NCBI GenBank assembly: GCA_964016885.1 | Contig: OZ024743.1 | Location: forward strand, 126,356,001-126,420,000 | DNA: 64,000 nucleotides | Source: Eledone cirrhosa | Lineage: Eukaryota | Reading direction: 5' to 3' | Shown: positions 1 to 12,380 of the stretch, one piece after another | How positions within the stretch are numbered: position 1 is the stretch's first letter | Layout of the letters: every line of letters begins with the position of its first letter | The notes under the pieces: model-generated | What the model saw: the letters and a program-made list of their open reading frames with translations, nothing else | Told to the model about the DNA's origin: nothing | The model's database searches: none | Program-made: the position numbers and the translations under genes

Positions 1-2808
1 TTCTTACATAAAATTATGGTGGAAAGATGTTAGATAAATATAAACACTTTAAAATAAAAGTTTTGTATCATAGAACCAGGGTGACTTTCAGGCAGTTTAG
101 TATAAGAATTGTGACTGTTGTTTAGCCCAAGGTTAGCACTGATTGAGCAGACCTATGATCAAAGGTGTTCAAGCCTCAATCATCTTGTCTTTACTCGGGT
201 TTAATGTAATCAGGACTACATTCTCCAATGTGTCCTTCTATTTTAAGACTGGATGGTATGATTAGATTGTTATTTCTAGCAGTTTGAAAGACTGCTAAGA
301 GACTCCCTCAATAAACCAAGGTAGAATCTATTGCTGACCAAACAGACTAAAATGGCCTTTTCTTTCTTTTTTAGAGAGGGACATGTGATTGGTGGGAGGG
401 AGGATCCTGAAAATAAGGTATTCTTGGCATCAGGAAAGACATTTGTCCCCATCCTCACCTACTAGTACCAAACCATAACTTTGAACAACTTGTAAGATGA
501 GCTGTCTTTGGCAGACAGCTGGCAAAACCAGAAAGGAGTGAATCAGAAATTAAGACATTAGGCAGATGGTTCATGCCATACCCATCACTCAGTTCATAGC
601 TCAACAAAATGTAAAATTGTTTTGTCATCTAAGGGAATGCCAATTGGTCAGCCAGAACTAGGGTAAGACACTCCACACCCACAGTATTACATTATTACAG
701 GGTGGTGGATTGCCAGTATCGGTAGAGTGTCAGACACCATGCTTTGCAGCATAGAGTTATGCTCTTTTACGCTGAGGTTAGCTTTATTTTTCATCCTTAT
801 AGGGCCCATTAAATAAAGCACCAGTAATGCACTGGGTTATTGCTGGCCTTGTTCCAAAAGTAGAAACAATTATCACAGGCTTCAAGCCTGCTACAGATCT
901 CCAACTTCATCTTTCTCATGACACCTTCCCAGTAGGAGCAACAGGACCACAACAAAAAAACAACAACAACAAAACAATGATGATGATGGTAGTGTTATTG
1001 GATGTGCTGCTGATGATGACAATGATGAGAATAGTGATGATGGTGAGGATGAGAGATTTTTAAAAACATAGTTGCCACAACGCAGGTAACTATAATAATA
1101 GTTTTGCATAAATTGAGAGATGGAAAAAAGTGGAGATGCTGTCCCCAGGAGTAGTTTATCTGATTTATTAAATTATTTATAGATAAACGTTATGAATTAA
1201 TTAATGAGCTGAAAATATTTAAAATTTGAAAAAGAGAGTGTCCCAAATGTAGAAAATAACTGTAATAAGAGTCAATGACAATAGATAATAGTTGAGATAG
1301 AGATGGAAAAAATGGGCAGGCATTTTTGTCCACTTTTTTCTATCACTAAAGATTATTTATCCAATTTTCTCAAATATCTATAGTGACTGACTGTTATTGC
1401 AGTTATTTTTGCATTTGGGACACTCACATTTTTTTCTTTATAGCATTCTGGCGACTATATTTTTTAATTTTCCAATGCTTTGTAAGTCAACCAATCTTAC
1501 AAATTTTTTTTTCTAAAAGATCTTATGCATGTGAACTGTATTGAATTTAGTGTTCAAAATAATGAGGATTAAATCTACAGCTCTTGTCAATGTCACTTAC
1601 TTAAAACTACTTATATTTGAAATAAATTTCAGAATACTTTCACTATTTCACTTGATTTCTTGACACAGTACTTTTAAAGATTGATTATATTTCATATGCA
1701 ATATGTATACATACACACATGTGCACATATACATACATACACACACACATACATATATGTATATACATATATATACATACACACAACACACATATACATA
1801 TATATATATATATACATAAGAACATCAAATGATGATGATACATATACATACATAGACATGTACACAAACATATAATTCATTTTATTTACACTTCCAACAT
1901 TTGCTTAGCAAATCAAAAATCATGACTTCTTTCAAAAAGAGAGAGTGGGGAGGGGGGATTAAAAAATTACTATGAGATGTTGAAAGAGATAAATGAAAAT
2001 AAAAGAAGTTAAAGTAGAAATAAGAGAAGCATCTTCTTGTATATCAACATGAGATTCTTTTTAGAAATATTTGCAAGTGGAAGTTGTCATTGATTTTACA
2101 TCATCTTTTAGAGAAACTAAAGTTCTTTAATGTGACTTCAAATGTTAAACCACTTGAATATATCTTTATCAAATCAAACAAATATCTGCAACAAATGTAC
2201 TCATACTTATACATGTATGAGCATATGTGTGTGAGTGGATGTGTGTATATTATCATTTTAAGTAGATTTTTCTATGCTGGCATGAGTTGGACAGGACTTT
2301 TTGAGGCAATGTTTTACAGCCGGTTGCCCATCTATGTCAGGTCAGGCTTCAACCAGCTACTGTTACCATGTAACAAAGTACAACCGGCTTCCCTCATCAA
2401 ACCCTAGTCCGGTGAAAAGGGTAAGTGGAACACCTCCAGCATAAAAACAAGAGCTGTTAAAAGGGCAGATAAATGTATCAGAGTAAATGGCCATCTACCC
2501 TAAGTATGGGTTAAATAGCCTTACCAGCCCACAATTGCCCAAGCATGGTGATACGAACAAAACTCCTGATATGAACAAAACCAAACAGAAAATGGTGGAA
2601 GTCAACCAGAGAAGGATTCCTCCAACAAGAGTGAGAAATCCTTGGATTAGAATGGGTTGCCCTTCTTGATACCAACCCTTTTAGTCGCTTTTTAAAACTC
2701 ACAAGAATATGGTGTACTTGTTCTAAACTAGATACACACACATACACACATAAAAGCATATATATAAATGTATATATGTTTTTGCACATATATATATGTA
2801 AATATATA

Positions 2809-2848
<40 letters not shown>

Positions 2849-2923
2849 TATATATTTATATATATATATGTGCAAAAACATATATACATTTATATATATG
2901 CTTTTATGTGTGTATGTGTGTAT

Positions 2924-4156
2924 ATCATCATCATCATCATCATCAACGTTTAACGTCCGTGTTCCACGCTTGCATGGGTTTGGACGGGGGTAGTCCCACT
3001 TGAGGCAAGAGTGATTGTCTTGCTCGCATAGGACTGTCTGGCAGGTTTTCTACAGTTGGATGCCCTTCCTAACACCAACCACATTTACAGTGTGGGTCTG
3101 GGAGGTTTTTACCGTGTTGCCTACACGGCCACATTACAGCGTGGACTGTGTGTTTTTTTGTCGTGACACCTACACGATCTCATTTGTTTCGGCCTGGATG
3201 GCGCGGCACCAACATAACTTTACATAGAACGGGGTGGTGTGGATGGGGTGGGGGTGGCGGCGGGAGGGGTGTATTTTGTTAGATATGCCTACTGGCAAGG
3301 CGGGTCTTCTCTGTTACTGAGTACCGCCAAAGGTCACGGTCCAGTGACATTGTCTTGGAGAGGTGTAAGTGTGTGAGGTCGGAGTTTATCAGCTCATCCC
3401 ATGTTTTTCTAGGTCTGCCTATTCCGTGGCTACCGTCTATCTTTATTGCCCTGCACTTTGTAATACAGCTATCGACTTTCATGCGCATCACGTGTCCATA
3501 CCAACGCAGCCTTCTCTCGAGTAAACAACATCTGATCCCTCTTATCTCTAATTTTTTCCTTAGTTCGTTTATGCTTTGCCGTTCACGTATATTACTGTTA
3601 CACATCCAGCGGAGCATGCAAGCTTCGTTCCTCTCTAGTCTGCGTATATCCTCTGCACACAATGCCCAGGTCTCACTACCATGCAACATTGCTGTTCGTA
3701 TGCAGGCATCGTACAACCTGCCTTTCATTTTTAGGGAGAACCCTTTAGCAGCTAATAGTGGTATAAGCTCTCTGAACTTTTTCCAACCAGTTCTGACTCT
3801 AGCTACAGTACTTTCAGAGCACCCTCCCCCACTGCTGATTTTATCGCCCAGGTAACGGAAGCTGTCCACTATTTCTATAGAACCCTCTGCGCAATTGAAA
3901 GAGCTAGTATTTTGTGGGCACTTGCTGCTACTTATTGCACCAGAACACCGGCCACATGTAAAGTCTATGTTCTTAGTTAGCTTACCTGTGATCCCACTAC
4001 ATCTTTTATGCACCCATACTTTGCATTTAGGACATAAGATGGAGTTTCTACCTACGCCTTTCCTACATACCGAGCACGACCATTTCCCAGAAGGGACCGC
4101 CGCCTTGTTTTCTTTCCTACAAACTAGAACTTTGGTCTTAGCCAGGTTAATTTTAA
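2924..4156 (-). mobile_element. 5'-truncated RTE-clade LINE (subfamily A): RT C-terminus with PHD-type finger, 3' UTR and (GAT)n tail
   Basis: ORF 3279..4304(-) after its (TA)n-derived start reads [10 protein letters not shown]...CSVC..CPKC..WVHKRC..CGRC...VDSFRYLGD...MLHGSETW...[12 protein letters not shown]...GRPRKTW, typical of the RTE ORF end. The tail (CAT)n lies at 2924-2945 and the 5' end stops in (TA)n. Confidence 0.92.
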
Positions 4157-4259
<103 letters not shown>

Positions 4260-4260
4260 C

Positions 4261-4293
<33 letters not shown>

Positions 4294-4295
4294 TG

Positions 4296-4641
4296 AGGGC
4301 ACATGGCTTAGTGGTTAGAGCATTGGACTTGCAATCGAAAGGTTGTGAGTTCAATTCTCAGACCGGGTGATGTGTTGTTTCCTTGAGCAAGACACTTTAT
4401 TTCACATTGCTCCAGTTTACTCAGCTGTAGAAATGAGATGATAGGGACTGGGGTCCCTACCATTCCACTGCAAAGTGGTCGTGGAGGTGCCACGGAAAAA
4501 AAGCACCCAGCACTCACTGTAAATGAGGTTGGTGTTAGGAAGGGCATCCAGCTGTAGAAATCAAGCCAGAATCAGTTCCCGTCCCACCCTTGGAAGCAGG
4601 GAAAAAGTGGACGTAAAATGAAATGATGATGATGATGATGT
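4296..4641 (+). mobile_element. tRNA-derived SINE with CORE-like central domain and RTE-derived 3' half
   Basis: A box TGGCTTAGTGG (4304), B box GAGTTCAATTC (4347), CCTTGAGCAAGACACTT...CAGCTGTAGAAATG resembling the CORE domain. The 3' part matches the RTE 3' UTR at 47970-48130 and ends in (GAT)n. Confidence 0.85.
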
Positions 4642-4727
4642 AAATATATATGTGCATATACATATATAAATATATATATATATATATAGATATAGATATA
4701 TTTATATATAACCTACAGTCAGTAGGC

Positions 4728-5092
4728 CTCTCCAAACACACCGCAACTCACTACCCACTCCATCCTCCCACTCCCACCAACACCACCCTTTCTCTATGAA
4801 GTTATGTTGGTACCACAACATCCAGTCCAAACTAATGAGATCGTGTAGGTGTCATGACAAAAAACACACAGTCCACGCTGTAATGTGGCCGTGTAGGTAA
4901 CTCGGTAAAAAGTTCCCAGTCCACACTGTAAACGTGGTTGGTGATAGGAAGGGCATCCAGCCATAGAGAACCTGCCAGATAGTCCTATACGAGTGAGACA
5001 CGGTCACCCGATCAATCTTGCCTCAAGTGGGACAATTCCCGTCTAAACCCATGCTAGTGTGGAAGATAGACGTTAAACGATGATGATGATAT
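4728..5092 (+). mobile_element. RTE 3' UTR fragment (subfamily A variant)
   Basis: Similar to 10140-10500 and 20475-20845 (GTTATGTTGGT..CATCCAG..AATGAGATCGTGTAGGTGTCA..GGAAGGGCATCCAGC); ends in (GAT)n. Confidence 0.8.
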
Positions 5093-5219
5093 ATATAGAT
5101 AGAGAGATATATCATCATCATCATCGTTTAACATCTATCTTCCACGCTAGCATGGGTTTAGCATGGGTTTAGCATGTATATATATATATAGAGATAGATA
5201 GATATATGTATATATATAT

Positions 5220-5496
5220 TGTCTTGTTGTTTCCTTGAGCAAGACACTTTATTTCACATTGCTCCAGTTTACTCGGCTGCAAAGTGGTCGTGTAGGTGCC
5301 ACGGCAAAAAAAGCACCCAGCCCACACTGTAAAGTGGACATGTAGGCGCCACGGAAAAAAAGCACCCAGCACTCACTGTAAATGAGGTTGGTGTTAGGAA
5401 GGGGATCCAGCTGTAAAAATCAAGCCAGAATCAGTTCCCATCCCACCCTTGGAAGCAGGGAAAAGCGGACGTAAAATGATGATGATGATGATGATA
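5220..5496 (+). mobile_element. 5'-truncated CORE-like SINE copy
   Basis: Matches 4372-4641 from TGTTGTTTCCTTGAGCAAGAC onward, with an extra 3'-UTR module. Confidence 0.8.
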
Positions 5497-5513
5497 TATA
5501 TATATATATATAT

Positions 5514-6345
5514 GTTTCTTTATTAGCCACAGGGGCACAAAAGAAGGGGACAAATACAAAGGGGGAAGTTTACATACAATAAAAACGTGTAAAATATTAT
5601 CACAAATGCAATATAAAAATTAGTTGATTTTCCCCAATAGGGGGAGACATTACATATGGGTAACACATACCCCCGAAAAAAAGATGTGCAACCCTCATCT
5701 CCAGGAGTACGAAGAGTTTGTACTCCCTTCCTCTCCTCCTCTTTTTCCTCAACCTACAGGCTGATATAGAGAGAAGGCCCATTCACTCGGGCCATTCTCG
5801 CCACTTTCATCAACCTTTCATAAAACTTGCTGGGTTACAGCACCTCTCTCTCTATCCTGATTCTTCTTCCAGTTGTTGGCCGGAGAGAAAAGTGTCTGAC
5901 CTCAGCCCTTTCAGCCTTGTCCACCATACAACCTCTTTCGCCATAGCTATCACACAAAGGAAAACCGCCTCTCCTTTGTTTTTGAAGGAGGGTGGCGGTT
6001 TGATCATGACAATGGACTCGGTGGTCAACCGGATTGGTCCCACCCGCGACAATAGTCGTTCTACATAGCGCCACAGGTTGTGACACCCGGGCAGTGTATG
6101 AATGCATGCGTGACGATTTCTTCGCACCTCGGACAGATCTTTTTTGCAGGGTCCCTGCCAGGGCGCCCATGTCTGTAGAGCTTGTCTCGAACTGGTAGAG
6201 CTCCTCGGTAGCACTGCCACGCCAGGGACTTTTGGAAGTTGTCCATCAGTCCCGGGTGGAAGGTCCTACCAAACAGACTGGCCAGTTCGTCTTCCTCTAC
6301 GCCTAGAGTTTCACCAAGCGCGTTGTCACCCGACCAATCTTGCCA
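5514..6345 (-). mobile_element. L1/Tx1-clade LINE 3' fragment (zf-RVT region), frameshifted
   Basis: Overlapping minus ORFs give LAWQCYRGALPVRDKLYRHG...CPRCEEIVTHAFIHCP then LWRYVERLL...AMAKEVVWWTR, the CCHC zf-RVT C-terminus of L1/Tx1 ORF2. Confidence 0.8.
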
Positions 6346-6472
6346 CAAGTAGGACAATTCCCGTCTAAACCCATGCTAGCGTGGAAGATAGACGGTAAAC
6401 GTTGATGATGATGATGATGATATATATATATAAGGAGTTTCACTTGTTTATCATGTATATATATATATATAA

Positions 6473-6676
6473 TAATAATAATAATAATAATTGTTTCTAC
6501 TATTGGCACAAGGCCAGCAATTACCCAGTACATTACTGGTACTTTATTTTATTGACCCCGTAAGGATGAAAGGCAAAGTTAACTTTGGCGGGATTTGAAC
6601 TCAGAATGGCAAGGGCAGTAGCTATGCGTCAAAGCATGGCATCCGACCCTCTACCGATACTGCCAATCCACCGCCC

Positions 6677-6710
<34 letters not shown>

Positions 6711-6900
6711 TAATAATTGTTTCTACCTTTGGCACAAGGCCAGCAATTACCCAGTACATTACTGGTACTTTATTTTATCGACCCCGCAAGGATGAAAGGC
6801 AAAGTCAACCTCAGCGGGATTTGAACTCAGATCGAAAAGGGACGTAACTATGCTGGAAAGCATGGCGTCCGACCCTCTACCGATACTGCCAATCCACCAA
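6473..6900 (-). mobile_element. Two tandem copies of the most abundant SINE (tRNA-like head, Meta/MESC-like body, (ATT)n tail)
   Basis: Two ~190-bp copies, minus-strand consensus GGTGGATTGGCAGTATCGGTAGAG...GAGTTCAAATCCCGCCGAGGTTAACTTTGCCTTTCATCCTTACGGGGTCGATAAAATAAAGTACCAG...AGAAACAATTATT. About 30 further copies or fragments occur, e.g. 701-872(+), 9919, 13720, 19798, 25900, 29810, 31868, 36455, 37794, 50050, 52320, 52380, 59255, 62831 (all -), 59938, 63100, 63735 (+). Superfamily assignment is from memory. Confidence 0.85.
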
Positions 6901-6943
6901 TAATAGTAATAAACGAAAGATATAACTTTATAACATCACTATT

Positions 6944-7021
6944 TATTTCTTTATATATATTTCGGGGATGCAAAAATTTATGTTCAACATAAATCAGAGC
7001 ATGCCTTCTTCAGACAAAATA
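6944..7021 (-). ncRNA. Minimal type I hammerhead ribozyme-like motif in a PLE-type tail
   Basis: Minus strand: TATTTTGT-CTGAAGA-stem II (GGCATGC..ATTTATGTT/AACATAAAT..GCATCCC)-GAAA-TATATA-TA-AAGAAATA. Stem I is imperfect. Confidence 0.55.
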
Positions 7022-7119
7022 CATATGTGATGTATAAATTGTTTGATGATATACTCGCAAGAGTGAGCTTTACAGATCAATGACAAACGAGTATATTTCA
7101 GACAAAATACATATGTGAT

Positions 7120-7781
7120 CATCATCACCGTTTTACGTCCGTTCTTCCATGCTAGCATGGGTTAGACGGGTTGTCCTGTTGTGGGCAGTGTCTGGTCGGC
7201 TGACCATGCCTTGCTCATACAGGAACTGATTTGGCTTGGTTTCTACAGCTGGATGCCCTTCCTAACACCAACCTCATTTACAGTGAGTGCTGGGTACTTT
7301 TTTCGTGGCGCCTACACGTCCACTTTAGAGTGTGGGCTGGGTGCTTTTTTGCCGTGGCACCTCCACGACCACCTTGTGGTGGGGGGTGTGGGGGCATATT
7401 GTCTATATGCTTCAGCTTGTACCCATGGGAGGTCAGGTATTCTGTATTACTGCGTGACGCCAGAAGTCACGGTCGTGTGTCATTGTCTTTGAGAGGTGTA
7501 ATTGGGTAAGGTCGGCTTTTATCACCTCATCCCAGGTCATCTTGGGTCTCCCCACTCCGCGGTTTCCATCAGCTTCTAGTGCTCTGCACCTTTTTATGCA
7601 GCTGTCATCCTTCATACGCATCACATGTCCATACCAGCGCAACCGCCTCTCCTGCACACAGCATTTGATTCCTCTTATGCTCAGTCTCTCTCTCAATTCA
7701 TTTATGCTTTGTCGTTCACGTATATTATTGTTACACATCCATCGGAGCATGCAGGCTTCGTTTCTCTCTAATCTACGTAAG
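7120..7781 (-). mobile_element. 5'-truncated RTE LINE (subfamily B)
   Basis: ORF 7433..7858(-) [16 protein letters not shown]...[15 protein letters not shown], near-identical to 47570-48240. Flanked by a GTGAT duplication. Confidence 0.9.
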
Positions 7782-7987
7782 TGATGTATAAATTGTTTGA
7801 TGATATACTCACAAGAGTGAGCTTTACAGATCAGTGACAAGCAGGTATAAATACCCACTTGTCACTGATCTGTAAAGATCACTCTTGCGAGTATATCATC
7901 AAACAATTTATACATCTCATATGTATTTTGTATGAAGAAGGCATGCTCTGATTTATGTTAAACATAAATTTTTGCATCCCCGAAATA

Positions 7988-8494
7988 TCTATATATATAA
8001 AACTGAGGATGTCTGTCTATGTGTGTGTGAGTTTGAATCCCTAAAACTAGAGAACCACCCAACCGACTGTTTTCAAACTTTACACATGTAATACTTATGT
8101 TTCAGGGAGTGTTCTGAGCCAAAAATATTTCAAATTTTCAATGCCCTAGGGACCGCATTAGGCGATTTAGCGATCTCTCTCTATAATTCTTAGTCTTTCT
8201 CTTTTTAGATAGATACATACATATAACGTCGCGCCCTTATAATATATGTCTGTATGTCTGGCTGTCTGCTGCCTCCGGTTATTCTGCCACCCTTGCTCAA
8301 GACAAATCTCACACTCACTCCCCAAACAGTTGGTAAGTGCACACAACTCACGTTTTAAGTCACAGTGTTACTTACTCACATACCCCAGACCATTACTTCT
8401 TTGCCAGCTGTGGTTGTGGCAATACTAAGCTTAGCTAAGGTGGTTATATATTTCACAATACCTTATCCCGTGCAACGCCGGGTACCACTGCTAG
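7988..8494 (+). mobile_element. Non-autonomous Helitron
   Basis: Begins TCTATATATATAAAA, ends with hairpin CCCGTGCAACGCCGGG then CTAG, and sits between A and T with no TSD. Removing it rejoins sequence that is the reverse complement of 6900-6990. Confidence 0.8.
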
Positions 8495-8650
8495 TATATA
8501 ATGAAATAAATAGTGATGTAATAAAGTTATATCTTTCGTTTATTACTATTATTATCATATTACTCCAGATAAATATTATCTGTCAAGTGCTTTGTATCTG
8601 TTATAAACATAACTCAGTTGATTACATATCAACGAAGTCTTTAACTCATT

Positions 8651-8690
<40 letters not shown>

Positions 8691-8899
8691 ATATCCACGG
8701 TTAGTTGTGGGGTCTAGTTTGCATGAAGAACTCAATGTAATCCATATGTTGAAAATGTTGTAGGTTAAAATAAATCCCGGAAAACAATAAAACATCAGAA
8801 GGAAAACAGAGTCATGATATAAGTTAAAACAATGAAATAAAAATTCAAGTCATTAGGAATATACTTCACTGCTTTACGATTGTTTCTAGGTGATAATAA

Positions 8900-8995
8900 T
8901 ACATTGTATGCATATTTCGTTATCGATCTATGTAAGGTTAGTTACAAAATATCAAATAAGGAATATATTTACCTACGTATCATCAGCCGTTGTCA
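8900..8995 (-). ncRNA. Degenerate hammerhead-like motif (probable old PLE tail)
   Basis: Minus strand GACAACGG-CTGATGA-long insert-GAAA-TATGCA-TA; stems I and III are decayed. Confidence 0.3.
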
Positions 8996-10119
8996 AAAGC
9001 AATGAAAATGTTATTCAAAATTAATAGTAAATTGAGTTCTATGACCTTATTTGAAGGTAGCTGAAGAACAAACCAATCAAATGGTGTTTTGCCATATGAT
9101 GTTAAGACGAAATATAACTCACTTTAGTTAAGGTCATGATCTTTTGAAAGGAATAGTTGAATGGTGTTAAAAATAGAATTACTATGAAGAACCTATGAAT
9201 AAAAGGGATTGTTATATTGATAGTTGAATGTAGATGGTGGAGTGAAGTTTAAAAAGGGGTGTAAAAATTATATGTTGAGTTGTGTTGTATGGAATTTTAA
9301 GGTGAATATAAATAGTGGTCGTGGAGGTGCCACGGAAAAAAAAGCACCCAGCACTCACTGTAAATGAGGTTGGTGTTAGGAAGGGCATCCAGCTGTAGAA
9401 ATCAAGCCAGAATCTGTTCCCGTCCCACCCTTGCAAGCAGGGAAAAGTGGACGTAAAATGAAGATGATGATGATGATATATATATAAAATTAAGAATGCA
9501 AGGAAATAATAGACAAACATATGCCTATTGTTATACTTTGGGAGGGTCATGTTGCCAATAATATACCTATTATTTCTTCAAAATCCTGACTGCAGTTTTG
9601 ATGAATTGTCTTGTAGCAATCATGCACTATAGAAGTGCACCATTGCTGTGAGGTTATAAGGCTTATCAAGAGATCTCTCAGTTAGTGGACTGTTTCTTGA
9701 CTTGACCATTACAACTGAATAATTCTCGGTAAGTGGAGGGAGAAATTAACACATGATACAACGGTCACAGAATGGAGGGTGAAGGATGGACATTAAGCAA
9801 GTACCGTATTTGCTAGAAAAAGCAATTAGCACCTGCCTGGTTATATTAACCATAAGGGAGTTTGGGACAAAATATAATGAGATACACACACAGTTGCTCA
9901 ATGACTGAAAGAGGTAAAATAATTGTTTCTTTATTTTATCGACCCCGTAAGGATAAAAGGCAAAGTTAACCTCGGCGGGATTTGAACTCAGATCATAAAG
10001 GGACATAACTGTGCTAGAAAGCATGGCGTCTGACCCTCTACCGATACTGTCAATCCACCACCATTTTCAGACCGGGTGATATGTTATATGTATACATATG
10101 TTATATATATATACATATA

Positions 10120-10503
10120 GACCCGCCTTGCCAGTAGGCATCTCTAACAAACTACACCCCGTCCCGCCACCACCCCCACCCCATCCACACCACCCCGTTC
10201 TATGTAAAGTTATGTTGGTGCCGCGCCATCCAGGCCGAAACAAATGAGATCGTGTAGGTGTCACGACAAAAAAACACACAGTCCACGCTGTAATGTGGCC
10301 GTGTAGGCAACACGGTAAAAACCTCCCAGACCCACACTGTAAATGTGGTTGGTGTTAGGAAGGGCATCCAACTGTAGAAAACCTGCCAGACAGTCCTATG
10401 CGAGCAAGACAATCACTCTTGCCTCAAGTGGGACTACCCCCGTCCAAACCCATGCAAGCGTGGAACACGGACGTTAAACGTTGATGATGATGATGATGAT
10501 GTT
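10120..10503 (+). mobile_element. RTE subfamily A 3' end
   Basis: Near-exact reverse complement of 2924-3306; (GAT)n tail. Confidence 0.9.
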
Positions 10504-10639
10504 ATATATACATATGTTATATGGATATACATATGTTATATGTATATCCATACTACCAATCCACTGCCAATCCATCCAAAGAGGTAAAATAATCAAAGCT
10601 ATTTATTAAATTTAAATGCGAGGAAATAATATATATATA

Positions 10640-10702
<63 letters not shown>

Positions 10703-10707
10703 ATATA

Positions 10708-10768
<61 letters not shown>

Positions 10769-11260
10769 ATGTATATATATATATAACACATATATATATA
10801 AAGACATTAGCATGTTATGTATTTTACTCTTTAAGAATGACAACTGCTCCTTAGTTTCTGAAGATTTAATTAAAATAAAGAAACTTCTAGAAAGGGTCAT
10901 TCAAAAGGTTCTTATCTTATCTCAAGATTACATTTCTATAAGAAATTCATGTCAACAGCAAATAGATTCTTTTATTCCTACTCTAAAATACACAGATTCT
11001 TTCATTTCTACTTTAAGTACATTAACAACATTTACAATTTTACACACATATCAATATATACATTCATGTCCACAAACACGCACACCTATATATGTACATG
11101 TGTATTCATTTATATTTTGCCATGTTTATATATATACACACACAAGATACATATGTGTGTGTGTGCATGGAAATATGGCCATTAAATGATGATGAAAAAT
11201 ATATATACATTTATAGATATATACATATCGTCATCATCATCATCATTTCATGTTCATGTG

Positions 11261-11295
<35 letters not shown>

Positions 11296-11632
11296 TCATC
11301 ATCATCATCATTGTTTTAACGTCCACTTTCCCTGCTAGCAAGAGTTGGACAGTTTTACATAGGCCAAGTCACTACTGAAGTAAGGTTACTGATCTCCCAC
11401 ACCGGACAGGGATCTGTGTCTCACTTATGTACAGTCACCCATTCTACCAAGTTGCACAGGAGAGGTTGTCATGTGTTTGATACAACTAACAGTCTTTCTA
11501 CCCATTGTTTCGCAAGCTAGCTACAGCTGGATGCCCTTCCTATTGCCAATCACTTGACAGCATGTACTGGGTGCGTTTATCGCATAGGCCACCAACACTA
11601 GGGAGGCAGTCATGTCCTTGACATGACTGAGG

Positions 11633-11673
<41 letters not shown>

Positions 11674-11677
<4 letters not shown>

Positions 11678-11984
11678 TCATCATCATTTTACATTCGCTT
11701 TTCCCAGCTTGCAAGGGTGGGACGGGAACTGATTCTGGCTTGATTTCTACAGTTGGATGCCCTTCCTAACACCAACCTCATTTACAGTGAGTGCTGGGTA
11801 CTTTTTTGCCGTGGCAATGATAGGGACCCCAGTCCTATGATCTCATTTCTACAGCTGAGTAAACTGGAGCAATGTGGAATAAAGTGTCTTGCTCAAGGAA
11901 ACAACACATCACCCGGTCTGAAAATTGAACTCACAACCTTTCAATTGCAAGGCCAATGCTCTAACCACTAAGCCATGTGCCTCC
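11674..11984 (-). mobile_element. CORE-like tRNA SINE
   Basis: Reverse complement of 4296-4641 with a small internal deletion. Confidence 0.85.
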
Positions 11985-12142
11985 ATATATATATTTAAAT
12001 AATTTTGAAAACCATGCAACGCATTAGAAAACTAAAGGTGCCAAGATAACAATAGAATGTTACCTTAGCAAATTTAATAATATATGCAAACATGGTAAAT
12101 AGATGTCACACAGTGATGTTGATATGGGTGTATGTGTGTGTA

Positions 12143-12174
<32 letters not shown>

Positions 12175-12242
12175 ACCAAAGATTATCTGCCAATACTGGA
12201 ATTGAACCATCAAGACAGTTGAGGTATGTCATACATCAATTT

Positions 12243-12312
12243 ATGTATTTTATCTGACGAGGACGTACTGAAAAAACAGTATAGTACCTTCGAAATGTAT
12301 ATAATAAAACAT
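12243..12312 (+). ncRNA. Minimal type I hammerhead ribozyme motif in an isolated PLE-type tail
   Basis: TTTTAT-CTGACGA(12254)-stem II GGACGTACTG/AAAAAA/CAGTATAGTACC-GAAA(12292)-TGTATA-TA-ATAAAA. Core is intact and stem I pairs TTTTAT/ATAAAA. The surrounding ~190-bp block lies between (TA)n tracts. Confidence 0.7.
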
Positions 12313-12380
12313 ATATTTTGATTATGTGAATGTCTTCATTTATTAATATTTTGAATAATATATATATATATATATATATA

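Noticed and set aside
4296-4370. tRNA gene
   Set aside because: A and B boxes are present but continue into SINE body and tail; multiple dispersed copies; no proper acceptor stem.
9055-9125. Plus-strand CTGAAGA...GAAA hammerhead candidate
   Set aside because: An internal hairpin exists but no convincing stem I pairing.
10800-11040. Possible host exon within ORF 10647-11189
   Set aside because: No recognisable domain or clear splice signals; flanked by microsatellites.
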